A stretch of DNA of 63,716 nucleotides, the filler included, from Cercozoa sp. M6MM (Eukaryota; Protista; Endomyxa: Ascetosporea): NCBI GenBank assembly GCA_040357565.1. It is 9 parts of 9 records of this genome, joined end to end, with 100 filler letters (N's around TTAATTAATTAA, not from the genome) between each part and the next. Parts side by side here need not be neighbours in the genome. Positions count along the whole stretch, not along the records: positions 54,112 to 58,493 come from JBDODJ010001154.1; positions 58,594 to 63,716 come from JBDODJ010000973.1; 7 more parts are not named here. One strand, given 5' to 3'. The notes beneath the pieces are model-generated. The model saw only the letters and a program-made list of their open reading frames with translations, was not told the origin of the DNA and searched no databases. The position numbers and the translations under genes were made by a program. Of this stretch, positions 57,986 through 63,716 are shown in pieces (position 1 is the first letter of the stretch; each line of letters starts with the position of its first letter).

Positions 57986-58593
57986 ATTTAAGCATGTAAA
58001 ATTACTCCATGCGGTGTCACTTTTATCTAAAGCTAATTTCCTTCCAAAGTATCTAATTTCTGCAGAAAACGCACCCATGGGCGGTTTCCCTTAAAAGTAA
58101 ACATTATTGGGCATCTTTCAGGGTATAATGAGGACTTTTAACGCCCAGAAAACAGAAAAACACGAAAAAAAAACTGTAAAATGCAAACAAAACGGGGGCG
58201 AAAAATCCAGGCAGCCAATATTTTTTGAGCATTTCAACAAAAACCGCCTACACTGCTCCGTAAACGAATCTAAAGGTCCCGGGCACTGTGAATTATATTC
58301 AAACCCCCCCGAAAATGCTACTTAAAGGGCTATTAGACGACGTTTGACCGATTTTGTCACGGAAATTACCGGGTAATTACTGGCGCTGGGTTCTCGGGGC
58401 TTCGCTTCGATCAGAGGTAGCGTATTTTACGCGACGGTAGCGTTAGTGACCGACCGAAATCAAACATAGTAACTGCATCGTCGCGACTCGCGANNNNNNN
58501 NNNNNNNNNNNNNNNNNNNNNNNNNNNNNNNNNNNNNTTAATTAATTAANNNNNNNNNNNNNNNNNNNNNNNNNNNNNNNNNNNNNNNNNNNN

Positions 58594-58625
<32 letters not shown>

Positions 58626-58629
58626 TGTG

Positions 58630-58755
58630 TGTGTGTGTTTTTTCTTAGGGCTCAAACTGGCGGCGCAGTGGCTCGTGTGGGCGCTCTACTTGTGGACCCT
58701 CGTGGCGCCTAAACTCTTTCCGGACCGCGACTTTGGCCACAACAATGAGTTCTAA
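58630..58755 (+). CDS. Last exon of a SERINC/TDE family protein
   Basis: LKLAAQWLVWALYLWTLVAPKLFPDRDF, the characteristic SERINC C-terminus. Confidence 0.88.
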   Translation, partial: CVCFFLGLKLAAQWLVWALYLWTLVAPKLFPDRDFGHNNEF

Positions 58756-58952
58756 CTCGACTTTCTGATTGTGCGATGATTAACCGAAAGCCATTGATTC
58801 TGCAAAACGCTTTATACTGGACGGTTAGAGTAAGGAGATAAGTTTCTTTAGCCGCCGTGGCGTCGCATGGTGGCTAAAATCAGTGATGGATTTTCCACAG
58901 ACGCCGCTAAACTGGGGTGTACAGTACGTCAGACGTGTGCTGAACAACAGGA

Positions 58953-60480
58953 ATGCGTGTGTTGCTACTGTTAGCGTCGCTAGTGCTTGGGGTGCTGGCC
59001 CAAGTGAAGCAGGTATTTTGAGTTTTCTCTTTTTTGTGATTGCGACCGGTTTTGTTTGGGCAGGTGGACGACAGTGCTCTCCACGAGCTGGTGAAAGAGC
59101 ATCCCGAAATCTCAGGTACATGGTTCTGTCTCTGCATGCAGTTCTGTACTGTCTGACACCTTGCTGGCAGTGCTGGTGGCCTTCACGGCGCCGTGGTGTG
59201 GCCACTGCAAGCGACTCAAGCCCGTGTGGGAGGTGTCACTGCCCCTTTTTACCCCCCCCCTTTCTCCCCAGTTACCCTCTTGTCACTTCCTGTTGTTACA
59301 TTGACCTCTGCGATATCAGAAACTGGACAACAAGTTCGCCGATGACGACGCCGTCGTTGTGGCCGAAATCAACGCCGTCGAGAACTCCTATGCCGTAGCT
59401 TTCTTCCCTAACCCTTACCCTTTATCCCACTTTATCCCCCGGTTAATTCCCAACAGGCCGCTCAGTACGGTGTGCGTGGTTTCCCGACGATCAAACTCGT
59501 GCGTAACCACGAGGTGCATTACGTTTACCCCGCCCCCCCAGTCTGCCACCTGTTTACCCCCCCCCCGTGGGTGTGTGTGCAGATGCTGTCGTTCGAGGGC
59601 AAGCGCGACGTGACGACGCTCGCCGAGTTCGCGCTGGCTGCGCATGCTGTAACCTTTACCCCCTATACCCACCTTTACCCCCCCCCTTTACCCCGCTTTT
59701 GCACCCTACCCCGTCCGTGTATGTGTTGGTAGAACAAAGATTGGGAACCTGTGCCAGAACCTCTTACCACCACTGGGTGTGTGCTCCTACCTTTCCCCTT
59801 CTTCCCTTCCCTTCTTCCCTTCCCCTTCTTCACTCCCCCTTTACGCTTTACCCCCCTTACACCAGATTGTTCCTCGTGGAGGCCAAGCGAATGTTCGGCG
59901 ACGTTCTCGTTCTGATTCAGACGCGCGTTCATGTGGCGGTAGCGTTTACCCCCTCCCGTTTACTTCCGTCCCCATTTACCCCTACCCCTTTACCTCCCTC
60001 TTTTTCCCTTTACCCCCCTTTTCCCTTTACCCCCCTCTTTTTCCCTTTACCCCTCCCCCCTTCCCCCTTTACCCCCCCCCAGATTGTGCTGTTTGCGTTC
60101 GGCACCGTGTTCGGTTTCATGTTCGGTCTCGTCGTCGCTGGCTCTGGTTCTTCTGTTTTGCTTTGCATTTCTGTGTTGTTGTACTTTCGGTATTTGTCGT
60201 CGGTCCAAACCGGTTCAAACAGACCGCGGTCCGACCGAGGAGGAGCTGCGCCGACTCATCCGCGAGGAGCACGGCAGCAAGACACCTGCCGCGGCCGCTC
60301 CTGTCCAGGACGACACCAGTGGTATCTTAGGACCTCTCCAAAGAGTGCCCACTACAAAGCTACACTCGAACAGAGCGCAGCATTGGCGATCGCGCTCTCA
60401 AGCAGACCAAGAAGAACGCTGACAAAAAGAACAAGAAGAACACCAAACCTGCCAAACGGAGCACTAAGAAGAATGACTGA
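58953..60480 (+). CDS. Membrane-anchored ER thioredoxin/PDI-family protein (TMX-like)
   Basis: Signal peptide MRVLLLLASLVLGVLA; APWCGHCKRL; GVRGFPTIK; TM helix; ends KKND* (KKxx retrieval motif). Confidence 0.92.
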
Positions 60481-60614
60481 CAGAATCAGTTCTATTTTAG
60501 TGACTTTCAGTCTCTCAAACATCTATCAACGCACCTTTAAGTATTCGGCAGGTCAAACACCAACACTCAACAGCAAACTTCATCTAGAAAATCGATTTTT
60601 AGGACGTTCTGCGG

Positions 60615-60835
60615 ATGGAAGAACAGGTGCGGCAGCTGCTGCGGCACTTAGTGCGCCAAGTGCAAGTTGCGCTGCCCGGTTTGCGTGTCTATATGATGCA
60701 ATATTATTGATCTGTTGTGATGGCGATGTATTCATGCCATATCGCATGGATTTGGACTTGGTAGGTCGCCTCAGTTTGCGTTCTCCGTCGGCGCGAACGT
60801 CGAGCCAGGCCGGTACCTTGTGTGCAGCATCAGAA

Positions 60836-60882
<47 letters not shown>

Positions 60883-63622
60883 NNNNNNNNNNNNNNNNNN
60901 NNNNNNNNNNNNNNNNNNNNNNNNNNNNNNNNNNNNNNNNNNNNNNNNNNNNNNNNNNNNNNNNNNNNNNNNNNNNNNNNNNAGAGAGAGAGAGAGAGAG
61001 GGAGAGAGGGAGAGAGAGAGTGTGTGTGTATGTGTGTGTGTATGTGTGTGTGTATGTGTGTGTGTATGTGTGTGTGTGTGAGCACAAAAGTGCGAATACC
61101 GTGTGCTGATAGTGGATGCCGAGGTGGCACGCCAGGAGTTGCAGCTCGTGATGCAGCGACTCAACAACACCGAGCACGTTGGTACACTCTCACCCACCCC
61201 CCCCCGACCCCTCCCTGACCCCTCCCTGACCCCTCTCTGTGTGTATATGTGTGTACTGGTGACGGTGTAGTGCCGGTGGAGGCTCTGGTGGCGCTACTGT
61301 CGCTGTGCACGCGCGTGCAGTCGGGCAACACGGTGGCAGCCTCACTCAGGGTGAGTCCTGTGCCCTTGTGAATTGTCTCTGGGGGAGTAGTACTATGTGT
61401 GTGTGTGTATATGTGTGTGCGTGTTGTGTGTGAGCAGTCGCTGGCGCAGCTGCTGCAGCGCAACCTGGTGCCAGATGCGGCGTGGCCGCTGCCGCTGACG
61501 CCGGCCGAGCACTCGGTGCACGACGAGGCGCACCTCGAGGCCGCCATCAAGCGTTCGCGCGGACGGTGTGAGCACCCTTAGCACTGTCCTGTCCATGTCC
61601 TGTGTCGTGTCCATGTTCTGTGTCCTGTTCTTATCCATGTGTCTTGTCCATGTGTACTGTCCATGTGTACTGTCCATGTGTACTGTCCATGTGTTCTTAT
61701 CCGTGTGTCGTGTCTATGTGTACTGTCCATGTGTACTGTCCATGTGTACTGTCCATGTGTACTGTGATAGACGAGTGATCGACGTGATCGTCGAGGCGGC
61801 GAGCAACGGCTGCCGCATTCGGCACGACACTGTGCTGACGGCGTCGGTTGCGCTGGTTTGCCCCCTCCCTCCCTTACCTCATCTTACCCCTGTCGCCCCC
61901 TTTGCCCTCTTGCCCCCTGTCACCTTTCCTGGCTTGGGCAGATCAAGACGGCGATCGACCGAGCCAAGGACGCACTGTGCGAAGGGTAGATCCGCACCTT
62001 AACAGCCCATGTCCCAGTTCATGTCCCAGTTCATGTCCAGTCCCTGTGCTTGTCCCTGTCCCTGTCCCTGTCCTACATGTAGCGACCCATATTACACGTG
62101 TTTGTGTGTGTGTGTGGACGCAGCAATCCACTGCGAAAGGCGCTGCGTACGTGTTTCCACGTCGCTGTTGCTGCGCAGCAGGTAGCCTGTGTTTACCCTT
62201 CACCCCGCTCCCCCCCATTAACCCCCGCTCCGTTGCCTTTTTACCTCTCCTTTTAGCCCCCTCTCTTTACCCCTACCCCCTTTTCACCCCATCCCAAAGG
62301 AAGCCGCACGTGAGGATGCCAAGAGGACCCTGCGTGAACTGGGTATGTTTTACCCTCCCGTCTTTCCCTGTTACATCCCCTTCACCGCTTTATCCCTGTG
62401 ACCCCTTTGTTCCCTTTACTTCCCCTCCCTGTGTGTGTGTGTGTGTGACTGCACAGCCATGCGCGTGTTCCTGCGTGCGGAGCAGAGTGCACGTGCGCTG
62501 GCCAGTGTCAGTGACGGCGACGGTGCCGCCGATGATTCTGACGGTGCCATTGATGATGCTGACGGTGAGGACGGTGACTGTTTTGAGCGCGCACGTGCGC
62601 GACTGGGCGCCACCGAGGCACGTGGTCGCTACGGCTGGTGCGTTGTGTGTCGCCGCACGGCGCGTCACTACTGCCGTCAAAGCGGCCTGCCCGTGTACCC
62701 TCACACCGTCCCTCCCTCAGTGACCACCTGATCAGCCAGTGACCACCGAGCAATCACTCTCACTGAGCACGTGTCAAACCGTCTGTATGATGTGTGTGTG
62801 CAGCTGCAGCAGCGAGTGCAAGCAGCGGCAGCTCGAGTCGCCGGTACCGCCTGCCGCCGCACGTGCCGCTCGGTACCAATCACACACGTGTCCGCTGGGA
62901 ACGTGCTCACTCTGACTGGACTGACTGACTGACTGACTGACTGACTGACCGGCAGGCGGGTCGTGCAGCACGTGCTTAGGCAGCGCGTGCGTTCGCAAAG
63001 TGCCGACTGTCGCGCGCTCATCTCCAGCGTCTGTCAGCTGGCTGGTGCTGTCTTAACCCCCCTCTTTACCCCCTACCCCTTCCCATCTTTACCCCTTACC
63101 CCTTCCCCTCTTTACCCCCCTACCCTTCCCCTCTTACCCCGTCGTTACCCCTCTCTTGACCCCCCCTCCCACAGGCAAAGACGGCGAGTCGGAGACGGGT
63201 CGCAAACGGCGCCTGCTGGCGCTGCACCTGCTGCATGTGGTACAGTTTTAAGGGAGAAGGGTTTATTTAGTTATGGGGTCACTTATTTAAGTGGGTCACT
63301 TAGTTAAGGGGGTCACTTAGTTAAGGGTGCGAGATACCTCGTGCTGGTGTTCAGGCCACGCGACACGCGTCGCTGGACGCGCTGCTCAACGACGAGTTGC
63401 GCCTGCAGTTGCGGTATTGCCCATGGGGGGTAGAGTGGTGGGGGGGGGGTAACACCGCACGATTGGGCGGGGGTACGGGTCCGTGTGGGAGGGTCAAAGC
63501 ACATGTGTGTGTGGTGCAGCGAGGCACTGCTGAGCAACCTGACGCCTGTGCCGATGCACAACACCGCCGTTGATCTCACGGTTGGCAAGGGTACCCTGCC
63601 GACCCACCTGTGTGTGTATTTA

Positions 63623-63670
<48 letters not shown>

Positions 63671-63716
63671 TGGTCGCAGTTACGGCAGCGAAAAGGCTCG
63701 AAGAAGACATTCATTC
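60615..63716 (+). CDS. BIG/Sec7-type Arf-GEF, N-terminal (DCB) region; runs off window end
   Basis: MEEQVRQLLRHL start; GRYGWCVVCRRTARHYCRQSGLPVCSSECK insert; DCRALISSVCQLA and RKRRLLALHLLH resemble the BIG DAxLxFRxLCKLS and RSKILSLELL motifs. The Sec7 domain itself is not in the window. Confidence 0.6.

Larger units (their letters stand above)
56417..58399 (+). mobile_element. Defective CMC (CACTA/EnSpm-like) DNA transposon, 1983 bp
   Basis: 40 bp TIRs 56417-56456 and 58360-58399 (CCCCGAGAACCCAG..., 36/40 identical); CTT duplicated at 56414-56416 and 58400-58402; subterminal repeats. Confidence 0.88.

Noticed and set aside
57982-57996. CTGAATTTAAGCAT resembling the 5' region of LSU rRNA
   Set aside because: Only about 14 nt, with no flanking rRNA similarity; likely chance.
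60580-61197. Minus-strand ORF ending RPKNRFSR
   Set aside because: Antisense to the first exons of the + strand Arf-GEF-like gene starting at 60615.

Overview
Eukaryotic nuclear DNA from a gene-dense, very intron-rich organism, probably a protist; the taxon cannot be fixed from this window. The window is a concatenation of 9 scaffolds joined by artificial N44-TTAATTAATTAA-N44 linkers, so adjacency across linkers is not biological. The supplied ORF track is mostly misleading because genes are split into short exons by GT-AG introns, usually about 50-85 nt. Manual splicing recovers about 29 genes or fragments: SETD3-like, m-AAA/FtsH protease, NOG1, PX-WD40, TALE homeobox, P5C dehydrogenase, MLO-like, profilin-like, GGCT-like, malic enzyme, PIP5K, DHHC, RapGAP, AKAP7-like 2H enzyme, SLX1, Mip-type FKBP, BOP1, an NZF protein, SERINC, TMX and a BIG-type Arf-GEF, plus several hypothetical proteins. 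Four signals are not explained by these genes: (1) a ~310 nt densely base-paired element starting at a stop codon (25511-25823); (2) degenerate TTACCC(C)n tracts confined to introns; (3) 5' splice sites that mostly lack the GTRAG consensus; (4) a 1983 bp CMC/EnSpm-like transposon with 40 bp TIRs, a CTT target-site duplication and a spliced transposase remnant. All family assignments come from motif recognition by eye, not database searches. Gene boundaries are approximate where stated.
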